From a virus, in the IMG/VR virus record IMGVR_UViG_3300017991_000010, positions 1 to 64,000 of that record: DNA of 64,000 nt; one strand, given 5' to 3'. Within the stretch, counting starts at the first letter, position 1; every line of letters starts with the position of its first letter. Shown one piece after another: positions 51,331 through 61,404 of this stretch. Below the pieces are notes generated by a model. The model was not told where the DNA came from and searched no databases. It saw nothing but the letters and a program-made list of their open reading frames with translations. The translations under genes and the position numbers were made by a program.

Positions 51331-52475
51331 GAGTCTACATCCTAGGCATCGACGGGTACATCGGCTGGGCGCTGGCCCAGTACCTCTCCTACCACGGGCA
51401 CGACGTCCACGGCATGGACAACGGCGCCAAGCGACGCTGGGCTGCGGGCCTAGGCGCGCGCTCAGTGCTCAAGACGCCGCTAATGTCAGAGCGATTCGCC
51501 GCTCTCGAGAGCGCCACGCAGAACCGCGGCATGCGTCCCTTCTCCGCGCTGAGCTATCACATCCTGCGCAACGAGCTGGCAGCCTTCGCCCCCGACGCGA
51601 TCGTCAACCTCGCGCAGCAGCCGAGCGCGCCCTATTCGATGAAGGGGCCCGAGGAGTGCGCCGAGACCAAGCGCAACAATGAGATCGGCATGACCAACGT
51701 GCTGTGGGCGATGCGCGAGGCCTGCCCCGACGCGCACCTGGTCGCGATCGGAAGCATGGGGGAACTCGGCACCCCTCCCTGCCCGATCCCGGAGCCCCCT
51801 TTCTCGCTCAGCGTCCACGGTGTGGACTGGGAGCCTCAGCACTTCCCGCGCTGTCCCTCGAGCCTGTACCACAGCGCAAAGGTGGCGAGCACCCACGACA
51901 TCGAGCGCGCCTGCGAGTGGTGGGGCCTGAGCGCGACGGACATCATGCAGGGCGTGGTCTACGGCGTCGATCACCCGGGCAGGTTCGGGGGGCTCTCGGG
52001 CAACCCCTCCATCTGGGCAGACGAGTGCTTCGGCACCGCGCTCAACCGCTTCTGCGCCCAGGCTGCGATCGGGATGCCGCTCACCGTCTACGGCGCCGGG
52101 ACGCAGCGGCGCGGCTTCTTGCCCCTGCGCGACAGCCTGCAGTGCCTGCGGCTCGTCCTCGAGAACCCCGCTGAGGGCTACCGCTGCATCCACCAGTTCG
52201 ATCGGGCCTACCATGTCCTCGAGCTGGCCGAGGCGGTCCAGGGCGTAGGCAGGCCGATGGGCCTCAACGTCCGCATCGAGCACCTCGACAACCCCCGCTA
52301 CGAGGCCGAGGAGCACGTCTACTCGCCCGAGGTGCGCTGGCTCCCCGAACACGGCTACGACCCCGCGGGGGACCTGCACGGCGAGATCGAAGAGATGCTG
52401 CGCGTCATGATCGCCAACCGCGAGCGTATCGAGGGGATGCGCGGCGTGCTGGCTCCGACGACGCGCTGGCGCTAG
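51327..52475 (+). CDS. sqdB: UDP-sulfoquinovose synthase (SqdB/SQD1/Agl3 family)
   Basis: LGIDGYIGW, PDAIV.LAQQPSAPYSM, HLV.IGSMGE.GTP, SLYHSAK (YxxxK), WGL..TDIMQGVVYG, FGTALNRFCAQAAIG.PLTVYG.G.Q.RGFL, NPR.EAEEH.Y. Confidence 0.92.
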   Translation: MRVYILGIDGYIGWALAQYLSYHGHDVHGMDNGAKRRWAAGLGARSVLKTPLMSERFAALESATQNRGMRPFSALSYHILRNELAAFAPDAIVNLAQQPSAPYSMKGPEECAETKRNNEIGMTNVLWAMREACPDAHLVAIGSMGELGTPPCPIPEPPFSLSVHGVDWEPQHFPRCPSSLYHSAKVASTHDIERACEWWGLSATDIMQGVVYGVDHPGRFGGLSGNPSIWADECFGTALNRFCAQAAIGMPLTVYGAGTQRRGFLPLRDSLQCLRLVLENPAEGYRCIHQFDRAYHVLELAEAVQGVGRPMGLNVRIEHLDNPRYEAEEHVYSPEVRWLPEHGYDPAGDLHGEIEEMLRVMIANRERIEGMRGVLAPTTRWR

Positions 52476-52499
52476 CCGCCTTTCACGCGCACGACACCT

Positions 52500-52528
52500 T
52501 TCGTGATCACGAACAGTCGTGGTACACT
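52500..52528 (+). promoter_or_regulatory. Leaderless-type promoter with a 14-bp palindrome
   Basis: TTCGTGATCACGAA at 52500-52513; TGG-TACACT-6 nt-ATG(52535). Confidence 0.55.
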
Positions 52529-52534
52529 CGGAGC

Positions 52535-53466
52535 ATGGGCGAGCGCCGACTAGCCGTCATCATGATCTACGCACGCAAAGGCGAAGTCCAGGAGGTGCGC
52601 GGGATCGTTGGGCGTGCGATCCGCTCGTCGCTGGGCGTGCGCCGGTGGCTCGAGGACGACCACTGGGTGGCGTACCATCGGCGCGAGGGCGATCAGTCCC
52701 CACGCTACACGCTCTACGTGACCGACGCAGAGATGGATCGACTGGTGGGCGAGATCGAGGACCTGGAGGTCGGGCTGGGCTGGCGCCTCCCCATCGAGAT
52801 CTTCCACGACTGAGGTAAGCGATGGCCAAGTACATCTTTCCGAAGGAGAAGAAGTTCCCCGTCGGGGACAAGGAGCACGAGCGGCGGGCCTACGCCTACG
52901 CGCTCGCTGGCCGCATCTCCGAGGACCAGATCATGCCCGTGTTCCGCTACCTTGCCAAGCACGCCAAGGACGAGGACACGAAGCTCCGGGCCTTGGGCGC
53001 GCTGCTCCAGTGGCGCAACTACCAGACCGGCGACGTCGCCAAGGCCTACGGGGTCGTGCGGCGGAAGGGGGCGCGGCGGAATAGCAGCAAGACCGACTAC
53101 ATGAACTACAAGGCGCGCCTGTGGGACGGCGTAAGAGCCGCGCAGGAGCTGGATCGCTTCACCTTCATCGTCCTGTTCGTCGCTCGCATGACGCGGCGCA
53201 AGGTAGATCGGGACGTGACCGAGGGCTACATGGTGCACCGGACTCGCGGCGGCTGGGTCTACGGTTGGGGCACGCGCCCCGACGATTGGCTCAACCGCCC
53301 CACCAAGGACGCCTACCGCCTGTACGATATGATCCGTAGGACCCCGCTGAACTTCTACGTGCGACAAGCCGAGGAGTTCAGGATCGATGTTCACGAGAGG
53401 CAGCCGTTTGGCACGGCTGACGCGCGGAAGCGGCGCGCGGTCGAACAGGGAACGGAGGGCTGGTGA
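52535..53466 (+). CDS. Two hypothetical proteins (52535-52813, 52822-53466)
   Basis: 52822 has an N-terminal FP.EKKFP..D..H.R.A module and an RRKGARRNS linker. Confidence 0.6.
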
Positions 53467-54044
53467 AACTCCTCTACTCCCTAGGCCTGGGCGCCCTCGT
53501 AGCGGCTTTGCTCTCGCGCCTGCACCGAGCCCGCGTGTCCATCAACAACGGCATCATGGCAGGCCCTGGGGACGTCCGCTACCGCATCACGCCCACGGAC
53601 CTGCTCTGGACCAAGCGCATGCTCGCAGGCGAGGTGGGCGAGAGCCCCCCCGAGCGCTCTGCCGCCGCGTGCCTCTGGGCCATGACCAACTACCACATGC
53701 TCGTGATCGGGCCCCGCGGCGCCCGGCCCAAGTTCAGCACCTTCACCGAGCTGCTCCGCGCGTACTCGCAGCCCATCAACTCCGCTTGGGACTCCGCCTC
53801 CGACAGCAAGTGCCAGGCCTACCCCTCGAGCTGCACGCCCGAGCGCCTGGCCCGGCGCGCCCGTATCACGAGAATGACATTGTTTAGTTCTGTGATAGAG
53901 AGGGTCGTGTCCGAGTGGTACGCTGGCCGCCTGGCCAACCCGGTCCCGGGCTTGACCGACTGGCACGCGCGCCACTGGGAGGGGGCGACGGTCGAGGTCG
54001 GCGGCAACTGGTTCGGCGTCGGATCGACCCGGAGGCTTGCGTGA
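53463..54044 (+). CDS. SleB/Hydrolase_2-like cell wall hydrolase with an N-terminal membrane anchor
   Basis: RMLAGEVGE...AACLWAMTN (catalytic Glu context), NPVPGLTDW, VGGNWF. Confidence 0.6.
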   Translation: MKLLYSLGLGALVAALLSRLHRARVSINNGIMAGPGDVRYRITPTDLLWTKRMLAGEVGESPPERSAAACLWAMTNYHMLVIGPRGARPKFSTFTELLRAYSQPINSAWDSASDSKCQAYPSSCTPERLARRARITRMTLFSSVIERVVSEWYAGRLANPVPGLTDWHARHWEGATVEVGGNWFGVGSTRRLA

Positions 54045-54533
54045 CCGAGCTGCAGCACTACCGCTGCCTGACGTGCAGCCACGAATGGGACTGGGCCCCG
54101 CAGAGCGGCGATCCAAAACAGGTCCTCCTGCCCTCTTGCTCCCGGTGTGGCGCCATCTACATCCTGTGGGTGGACTCCGACGGGTGGCGCGAGCGCAACC
54201 CACTCAGGTACTAGTGCTTGCGTAGCTGTCTCACCTGGTGTATCATCCTGTCTCAGGAAAGGAACCGTGTACATGCCCGAATCGCCCCTCGTCCCAACCC
54301 TGCGAGCCAACCTCGGAAAGCGCGTCATGATCATGATGCCTGGAGCGCCGCCGGTCGACGTCCTTGTGCTGGAGGAGACGCCAAGTGGCGCCTGGGTCCT
54401 CGAGCTTCAGATCGCAGGCCCCCAGGGCGTCAACAAGACCGCCATGACCTTCGACCCGACATTCATCGGGGGGATCAGCACCAAGGATGACGAGCTGATC
54501 CAAGCCCCTACGGCCCCGCCCCTCATCCAATAG
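54041..54533 (+). CDS. Small Zn-ribbon protein (54041-54214) and a hypothetical protein (54273-54533)
   Basis: CLTC..CSRC; TTGCGT-17 nt-TATCAT promoter and AAAGGA RBS before 54273. Confidence 0.55.
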
Positions 54534-54558
54534 CACGCCCCCGGGCCCCGTGGTCTGG

Positions 54559-54623
54559 AGGGGGCGTCGATTTGGCCTGCCGAGAGAAACCGGTAGGCGC
54601 CGGGCATGAGATCGACGTCCCCT
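54559..54623. terminator. Nested inverted repeat between convergent transcription units
   Basis: AGGGGGCGTCGAT / ATCGACGTCCCCT arms enclosing GCCTGCCG / CGGTAGGC. Confidence 0.5.
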
Positions 54624-55748
54624 TCAGGCCCCGGGGTCCTCCTCGCCCTCCCCCAAGTCCCATAGATCTCCAGCACTTGTAGAGCGGTCCAGCTTGTCCC
54701 CGTGGTACAGGAGCGTCGTCTGGACGTCCCGGTGGCCGTGGTAGCGCTGGACCGAGGGCAGGGGCGCCCCGGCGTCGAGGGCCTCGGTGATGGAGGTCGC
54801 TCGGAGCGCATGGGGCCCGACAGGCCGCCCCAGGGCCGCTGAGACGCGCTTGCGGACGATCTTGGTGACCGAGGACGTCGAGAGCGGGAGCGCTCTGTGG
54901 ACCTTCCCAGCGCCACGGATGACGGGGAACAGCACGTCGTCGAGGTCGAGGGTGGCCATGTACTCCGAGAGGGCTCGCTCGAGGTCGCGGGGGACGAGCA
55001 CGATCTGGCGCTTGTCGCCCTTGCGCCTGAGCGTGACCTGGAGCCCCCCGTCTGGCGCGCGATCGAAGTCGCCCACGGTCATTTCGGCCGCCTCCTCGCG
55101 TCGCAGGCCCATGCGCACGATCGTTCGGATCAGCATCCAGTCGCGGTAGCCGATGGGTGTCGTGCGGTCGATCGCGTCCAGGACCTCGCGCACCTGCTCG
55201 AGCGGGAGCGGCGGCTGGTGGTAGGCGCGATCGGGGCGCTTGCGCGTGATCTTCTCGGTGGGCTCGTCGGTGCGCTTGCCTAGCTCGATAGCCTGGAGGA
55301 ACAGCGAGCGCAGGGCCGAGAGGCGGTTGTTGATCGTCGAGCGCTCGAAGCCAACCTTCTTGTTGCCCCGCTTGTCGACCATGGGCTTGTTCAGCAGCGC
55401 GTTCTCGTAGGCTTGGATCTCGACGGTCGTGATGTCGCCGACGTGATCGTCCAGCCACGCCAGCGCCTGCTCGGTGACCTCGATGCGGAAGGCGCGCTCG
55501 GTGTTGGCCCAGTCGGCCAGGGGGCGCTCCTCGCGGAAGGCCTGCAAGAACAGCGACGCGTCGACCCAGTTGCGCCGGTAGCGCGCCGCGGTGCCCGCGG
55601 GCGCCTGGCCCGTCATGGCCTCCCGGCGCGATCTGCGGCCCACCTGGGCGTGCTCGGCCTGCTTGGTAGCGCTCTCGCGCAGGGGCTTGCGCCGGACGAT
55701 CGCGCCCTGGGCTGGGGCAAGCTTGTCTGTCACTCGGGGAACCTGCAT
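54624..55748 (-). CDS. Tyrosine recombinase/integrase (XerC/D-like); start uncertain
   Basis: STINNRLSALRSLF (core-binding domain), GLRREE (R), RKGDK (K), HALR (HxxR), GH, TTLLY (Y). Confidence 0.93.
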   Translation of the reverse strand: MQVPRVTDKLAPAQGAIVRRKPLRESATKQAEHAQVGRRSRREAMTGQAPAGTAARYRRNWVDASLFLQAFREERPLADWANTERAFRIEVTEQALAWLDDHVGDITTVEIQAYENALLNKPMVDKRGNKKVGFERSTINNRLSALRSLFLQAIELGKRTDEPTEKITRKRPDRAYHQPPLPLEQVREVLDAIDRTTPIGYRDWMLIRTIVRMGLRREEAAEMTVGDFDRAPDGGLQVTLRRKGDKRQIVLVPRDLERALSEYMATLDLDDVLFPVIRGAGKVHRALPLSTSSVTKIVRKRVSAALGRPVGPHALRATSITEALDAGAPLPSVQRYHGHRDVQTTLLYHGDKLDRSTSAGDLWDLGEGEEDPGA

Positions 55749-55974
55749 GGGGTCTTCTTGACGACGGGGCGTCCGCTGTGGCGCGCTTGTCGGCTGTTGG
55801 TGACCAGGTTCGGCATCGCCTGAACGTGCCCGGACCAGCGCGCATTCACCCTGGGGCCATCGTTCGGTAGGCATCTACGATCGCGAAGGCCCTTGTAATT
55901 GGGCGATCGCGCAACTGTAACGGCCCGCCGCACCTCTGCTGTGTCCTCCGCCAGCTCCTCGATCTCGTCGAACA

Positions 55975-56262
55975 TCAGCAGTCCTCCAGCATCACGTCGG
56001 TCTCGTCCGAGCACCACTCCACAGCGGACCAGGCGCAGTTGGGCAAGGCCTCGACGCAGTTGTAGTAGTCCATCGTGGCGTTGCGGCATTGCCAGCTGGC
56101 GGCCTCACGGTACTCCTCGGGGCAGCGTCCGACGCAGCGCGCCTCGTCGATCAGGCCGCAGCTCGCGTCGCGCCTGCAGCGGTCCTCGCACGCGTCGATG
56201 AACGCGGCCTCTGATGCGCACCCCGTGAGCGCGGCTACTAGCAGCAGACTAAAGGCTTTCAT
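55975..56262 (-). CDS. Cys-rich small lipoprotein
   Basis: MKAFSLLLVAALTG-C lipobox; ten further Cys. Confidence 0.75.
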   Translation of the reverse strand: MKAFSLLLVAALTGCASEAAFIDACEDRCRRDASCGLIDEARCVGRCPEEYREAASWQCRNATMDYYNCVEALPNCAWSAVEWCSDETDVMLEDC

Positions 56263-56788
56263 GATACATCTCCTCAATGATCTCGCGATCGTGATCGGTC
56301 ACCTCGCCCAAAGAGTCAAGCGGACTCGACATGATACTGCGCAGATCGACTGTCACGGGCGGTCCAGGATCGTCGTCGAGGCCGAGGGGGCAGTGGCCCA
56401 GTTCGTGACGCAAGGCCTGCAGGGCCGTTGCGCGATCATACGCGTAGTCGGACGCGATGGTAATGACACACCCGAGGATGGCGCCATCGCGAGCGTAGTC
56501 GATGTCTGCCCGACCCAGCGCGTCCGGGTTGGGAATGTACCCCACACCCACGACAACGTCGGAGGCACCCAACGGGGTGTACTCCATGAGGGGCAGACCT
56601 ACTTGGTCGTTCCACCACTCGGCTGCTTCCTCCGCAAGGGCGTCCGACATCGTGCCGTCGGTAGTTACGTAGCGCGGGAACGTGCCTGAATGTAACTCGA
56701 CACCGTCCCGCACAAGGAGTCCGTTGTCCATCCAGTCGGGGGCACATCCCGCGAGCGCGACGGCTAGAATGATGGCGGCGGTTCGCAT
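56249..56788 (-). CDS. Lipoprotein metzincin (matrixin-like) Zn metalloprotease
   Basis: LAG-C lipobox; AAEWWN; HELGHCPLGLDD; SIM Met-turn. Confidence 0.75.
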   Translation of the reverse strand: MRTAAIILAVALAGCAPDWMDNGLLVRDGVELHSGTFPRYVTTDGTMSDALAEEAAEWWNDQVGLPLMEYTPLGASDVVVGVGYIPNPDALGRADIDYARDGAILGCVITIASDYAYDRATALQALRHELGHCPLGLDDDPGPPVTVDLRSIMSSPLDSLGEVTDHDREIIEEMYHESL

Positions 56789-59700
56789 GGCTTTGCCTCC
56801 TCCTCTTTGCGCGGGTCCTCGGCGAGTTCGAGCAGCGCGCGCAGCACATCGGCCAGGTACCCGGCCTTCTGCTTGAAGATCGCTTCCACGCCGTGGCGCT
56901 CGTTGTGCTCGTCGCACATGCCGAGCGCTTGGGTCCACTCCTCGGTCTCCAGGAGCAGCGTGCAGTGCCCCTCCTCCTCGCGGCGGAGCGTGATCGTCCC
57001 GCCCACCCTAGTCCGGCTCATCCTTGGCTCCTTTCACAGCGCAGCTCCTTCCTGATCTCGGCCTGCAGCAGCTTCCAGTTGCACCAGTCCTTCTTGTCCG
57101 CCTCGAGCACCTGCTGCAGGAGCGCCTGTCGCGTCCCTGCGCACGCCTTCCAGGCTGCAGCGGCCCACCGTGCGCTGTCGGTCTCCGTGCCGTCGGGCAG
57201 CTTGTAGATCATCCCTCGTCCTCCTTGATCAGCCACTCGTCGGCACTGGCCCGAATGGCCCTCGAGATGTTTTTGGTGATCGCGACGTCACGCATGATGA
57301 GGGTGGCGTCCCGAACAAGCCCGGTCAACGCGCGCACCTTGGCGAGGTCCTGGTCATGCCGCTCCAGCAGCGTCCTGCACAGATCTATGGCGTCTCCCCA
57401 CGGACCGGAAGCCCCGAGGCTCGTCTCCAGTCCTCGTAGGACGCGTAGCGTCGGGCGTGCGAGGCGCGCTTCGTTACCGCCGCGAGCCTCCACGAATGCT
57501 ATGCAGTCCCGAACGGCCTCCAAGGCCTGCATGCGCTCTTCTTGCTCTCGGGTCATGTCTGGCTTGCTCATCTCCCCTCCAGTCCCTTCTTCGCCTGAAT
57601 CAGGGCGCGATACTCCGGCGCCCCGCCAGCGAGAAACGCGGCCAGCTCGGCCACGGTCGAGTCCTCCTTGAGTAGGCGCTCGATCAGGCGGCGCCGTGCC
57701 CGGTTGACGATCTCCTTGGCGCGCTTGGTCGGGTAGTAGCGCATCAGCACGCGGTCGACGAAGCTCGTGACGCGCAACTCGATCGCCAAGTCAGTCGCCC
57801 TGAGCAGCATCGCTCCCCTCCTCTTGCTTGCCATGCACGGGACAGTCGCCTCTGACGTCCCAGCCGTACTTGGTGCCATCGCCCCAGTACCCGCGGCCGT
57901 AGTGGTTGTCCCACACAGCGCAGATGCACCCGGCCTCTACCGCCTCCTGCGAGCCTGGCGCGCCCCTGGGCCACTGCGTCTCAGGCATCGCGCACCTCGA
58001 TCACGCCGCTCAGGCCGCGCGCTTGCGTCAGCTCGTCGATGGCGCGTGCCATGCCCTTGTCGACCTCGACCCACACGCCGCGCTTGAGCTTCTCGACACA
58101 CACGCGATCGCGCCCGTAGCGCAGCCGCCGCCGGCCCTCGCCGCGTGTCTTGTCGACGTAGTCGGCCATGGCGTTGACGATGCCCTCGACGTAGTCCATG
58201 GTGCGGTAGGTGCTGCCCTCCCATCTGAGTCCGCGCGTGACGTCGTAGGGGGCCATGTCGCCCGCGTGATGGCAGTCGAAGCCCTCCCAGTTGTACTCGC
58301 AGTCCTCCTCACAGACACCTGCGCCGGGCTTGAGACGGCCGCCGTAGGTGAGCCCCCCATGCGCGATCTCCTCCAGCCCATTGCTGTCGTAGCGCACGCC
58401 CTTGGGGATGCCCACGTAGCCGCAGAGGTGCCCGCCCTTAGGCATGCGGAGGATCAGGCACACCAGCCCGTGACGCACCCACTCCTTGCGGTCGGGCTCG
58501 TCGTCCCAGGGCCCTGCGATCCACTTCCTGGCTTTCTTGACGTTCATTGGCTCTCTCCCTTCCCCCCGAGCATACCAGCCAGGGCGGCGAGCGTCGAGGG
58601 GCCCAGCTCGATCACCTTGGCGTTGCGCTGCGTCGCTAGCGCCTTGTACTCCTGGCCCCAGCGCGAGAGCAGAGCCAGCGCCTTCTCGACCGTGACCTCC
58701 TTGGCGCCCTCGCACGCGGGGCAGGGCGCGGCGTCGAGGGGCTCGGGGGCCTTGGGCGCGCTTCCCGGCTCGTCGATGATCCAGGGCTGGAACACGGCGT
58801 AGTGCTCGCCCGTGCCGTGGCACCGGGGGCAGGCGATCTTCTGCTTGGCGAGGGGCGTGGCCGCAAGCGGCGCGCTAGGCGGCCCGGAGTGCTCGTCGCA
58901 CTGCATGCAACGGTCCGGCGTGGCCGTGTGCCCCTTCTCGCAGACGCCGTTGTCGGGGCAGTAGTGCGCGCAGCTCTCGGTCCCCGCGTCGAGCGGCAGC
59001 TGCGGCTGGAGCATCGGGTGCTCGGGCTTGAGGTAGAGGAACATGGCGTGCTTGCGCAGGGGGCAGTCCTCCTGGGGCGGATCGCCGGGCTTGATGTCCG
59101 TGTCGTCCCAGGCGCAGTCACACAGCGGGCACTCCCCGCACTTCACGATCTCAATGCTCTTCGTCTTCATCACTGACCTCCTCCAGCTCGACAGCCGTTG
59201 CTTCGCCGCATTCGATGTTGACCATTGGCGGGCCTCCGAAGTAGGTCATGTGCGCCAGTTCCTCCCCGGCCACCAGCTCCGCATCGGCCCGGCTCCGCGC
59301 CCAGACTCTGACCTGCACGGTGACGGTGCCCCGGAACTTCCTGAAGCCTCGCTTCCGCCACTCCGTCGCACAGATTGCCATCTCTAGCCTCCTTTCAAAA
59401 GGTGGGCCCCGGGCATCGAGGCGTGAGCGCCCTGCGCGCTATGAACACACGCCGCTCGACCTCGATTCGTCAGGCACTGCGCGAAGGATGGGCACGCAGC
59501 CTGAAGCCCGGGAGCCCTGGGCGCGTCTACTCGCCGTCCTCCGCGTACTCCATGATCGTGACCACGATGCGCTCTTCCCCGTCCTGCACCCACACGCGCG
59601 CTGGACCAAGGACGCAGATCTCCTTTCGTGAGCCGCGCTGCACGAACTCGTGCCGGGGCAAGCCCGTCGGCCCGTCGAGTTGGCGCTGGATCTTCTCGAG

Positions 59701-59808
59701 CGCGTCGGCGATGTGGCAGTACACGGGCGTGACCGGGAGCGTCTCGGCGAGGCGCCTGATCTCCTGGCAGTGCTCGATGACCTTCTGTCCTGTCGGTGTG
59801 CGGATCAT
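56764..59808 (-). CDS. Run of small coupled hypothetical genes, including 57981-58547 (GHLCGYVGIP..HGGLTY..GFDCHHAGD phage family) and 58544-59173 (Cys-rich, CxxCxGxG zinc finger)
   Basis: Start/stop overlaps, RBS, motifs as quoted. Confidence 0.55.
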
Positions 59809-60611
59809 TTCGTCCCTCCCGGCCACTCGGGCAGCTCGCGCCGGGTGTCTCGGGCCTGGAGGCGTAGCTCCGCCGCCGCCGCCGCCGCCCTCGCCGCCGC
59901 CCACGCCGCCTCCCTCGCCGCCCACGCTGCCTCCGCCGCCCACGCCGCCCTCGCCGCCCGCGCCGCTGCCTCCGCCGAGCGGTCCTCGCCGCTGATCCAG
60001 CGCTTAGCCCAGCGCCGCCAGTCAGCAGCCCAAGGCTCACGGACGCCGCAGATCGCGCGCACGCCGCGCTCGATGGCCCGCTCCACGATCCTCTCGATGG
60101 CCACTTTGGGGATCGAGATCCCCTCAGCTCGAAGGGCCCAGATCATCCAATCCCCGCGGGGACAGACTTTCCAAGCGGAGGCCGTCTCGTAGCTCTCCAG
60201 CCACTCGACGGCCTTGCGGCAGGGCTTCCTACCATTGAGGCGAGCAGTTGAGATCCAGTCACTCGGTTTCATCGTCCGCCTCCCGTTCCAGCTCGGCAAC
60301 TCGCGCCGGATGTCACGGGCCTGGAGGCCCAGCTCCGCCTCCCTCGCCGCCCTCGACGCCGCCCACGCCGCCCACGCCTCCGCCTCCCACGCCGCCGCCG
60401 CCGCCGCCGCCCTCACCGCCCACGCCGCCCCCGCCGCCCTCGCCTCCGCCCTCGCCTCTGCCGCCGAGCGGTCCTCCCAGCGACGGGCCCACCGCCGCCA
60501 CTCCGTGGCCCAGAGCTTGCGGACACCGCGCAGCGATTTCAGGCCTCGAGCTACGATCCGCTCGACTGCTGCGGGGGGCACTTCCAGCCCCTTCCACTCG
60601 CTCGGTTTCAT
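59805..60611 (-). CDS. Ala/Trp-rich protein made of two in-frame tandem homologous units
   Basis: MKPSEW...QARDIRRELPSW then MKPSDW...QARDTRRELPEW; GCCGCCCAC low-complexity repeats. Confidence 0.7.
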   Translation of the reverse strand: MKPSEWKGLEVPPAAVERIVARGLKSLRGVRKLWATEWRRWARRWEDRSAAEARAEARAAGAAWAVRAAAAAAAWEAEAWAAWAASRAAREAELGLQARDIRRELPSWNGRRTMKPSDWISTARLNGRKPCRKAVEWLESYETASAWKVCPRGDWMIWALRAEGISIPKVAIERIVERAIERGVRAICGVREPWAADWRRWAKRWISGEDRSAEAAARAARAAWAAEAAWAAREAAWAAARAAAAAAELRLQARDTRRELPEWPGGTK

Positions 60612-61314
60612 CGCCACGCCCCCATCCGCTTCAGCTGCAGCTGCGCGAGAGCGCGATCGAGCCGCTGGGCGACCTTGCGCGCCTCCACTGGCCCCTGCCC
60701 GGGGTAGTGCAGCGGGACGTAGTCGCCCTCGGTGTAGTACTGCCCACAGACGCACAGCACAGCTCCGCCGGCTGGGATGCGCGAGCCCGAGCCCGCGCAG
60801 ATGTCCTTGTTCCTGTTGCTCATACCTCCATCCTCCTTATGGACACAGGCGGGCCCCCACGCAGGTTCTGCTGGGACTGGCTCTCGTGCCCCAACTGCAA
60901 CGCAGTGAGCGCCGCTGTCTTGCCCCCATGTCCGTTGAGTCGGTAGAAGTCCCACTCGAGGTTCTGCTGCAGGAGAAGGCGCAAGGTGACGAAGTGGTCC
61001 GTGGAGTCGAGGGCAAACCAGCACTCGGCATACTCCCGCAGGCGCTCCTCGGAGATGGTCGACGGCTCGTAGCACTCGAACACGAGCCACCAGCGCTCCG
61101 CCTCGTCCTGCTCCCACACCGGGCGGAAGTCCTTCGGCTCGGGCACGTGGTGGGGCATCTCGTCATCGACGAAGGCCTCCCACTCCTCCGGCGTCGTGCC
61201 TTCTTCGATGGGCTCCTGGCGGCAGCACGCTTCGATCGCGCACCAGAGCGCTTCCTCGAGCGTGTCGGCATCCAGGATGGCGTCCACGGTCTTGTCATCA
61301 TCAAGTGGGTTCAT
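60608..61314 (-). CDS. Two hypothetical proteins (60608-60823, 60820-61314)
   Basis: RBS and coupled overlaps. Confidence 0.55.
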
Positions 61315-61404
61315 CTCGTCTCTCCTCTCTCTGATCTACGCCCGGGGGGTGGCGTGGTATTCCCAAAGGTGAAGTGAAACTGGGTTTTTCAGAGCCTACA
61401 CGTG

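Noticed and set aside
39195-52475. Host LPS/capsule locus marking a prophage boundary
   Set aside because: No flippase, polymerase or export genes; it is interleaved with spike-like genes and followed by the hydrolase, integrase and more phage-type ORFs.
59805-60611. Diversity-generating retroelement template/variable repeat pair
   Set aside because: No reverse transcriptase in the window, and the differences between units are not adenine-specific.
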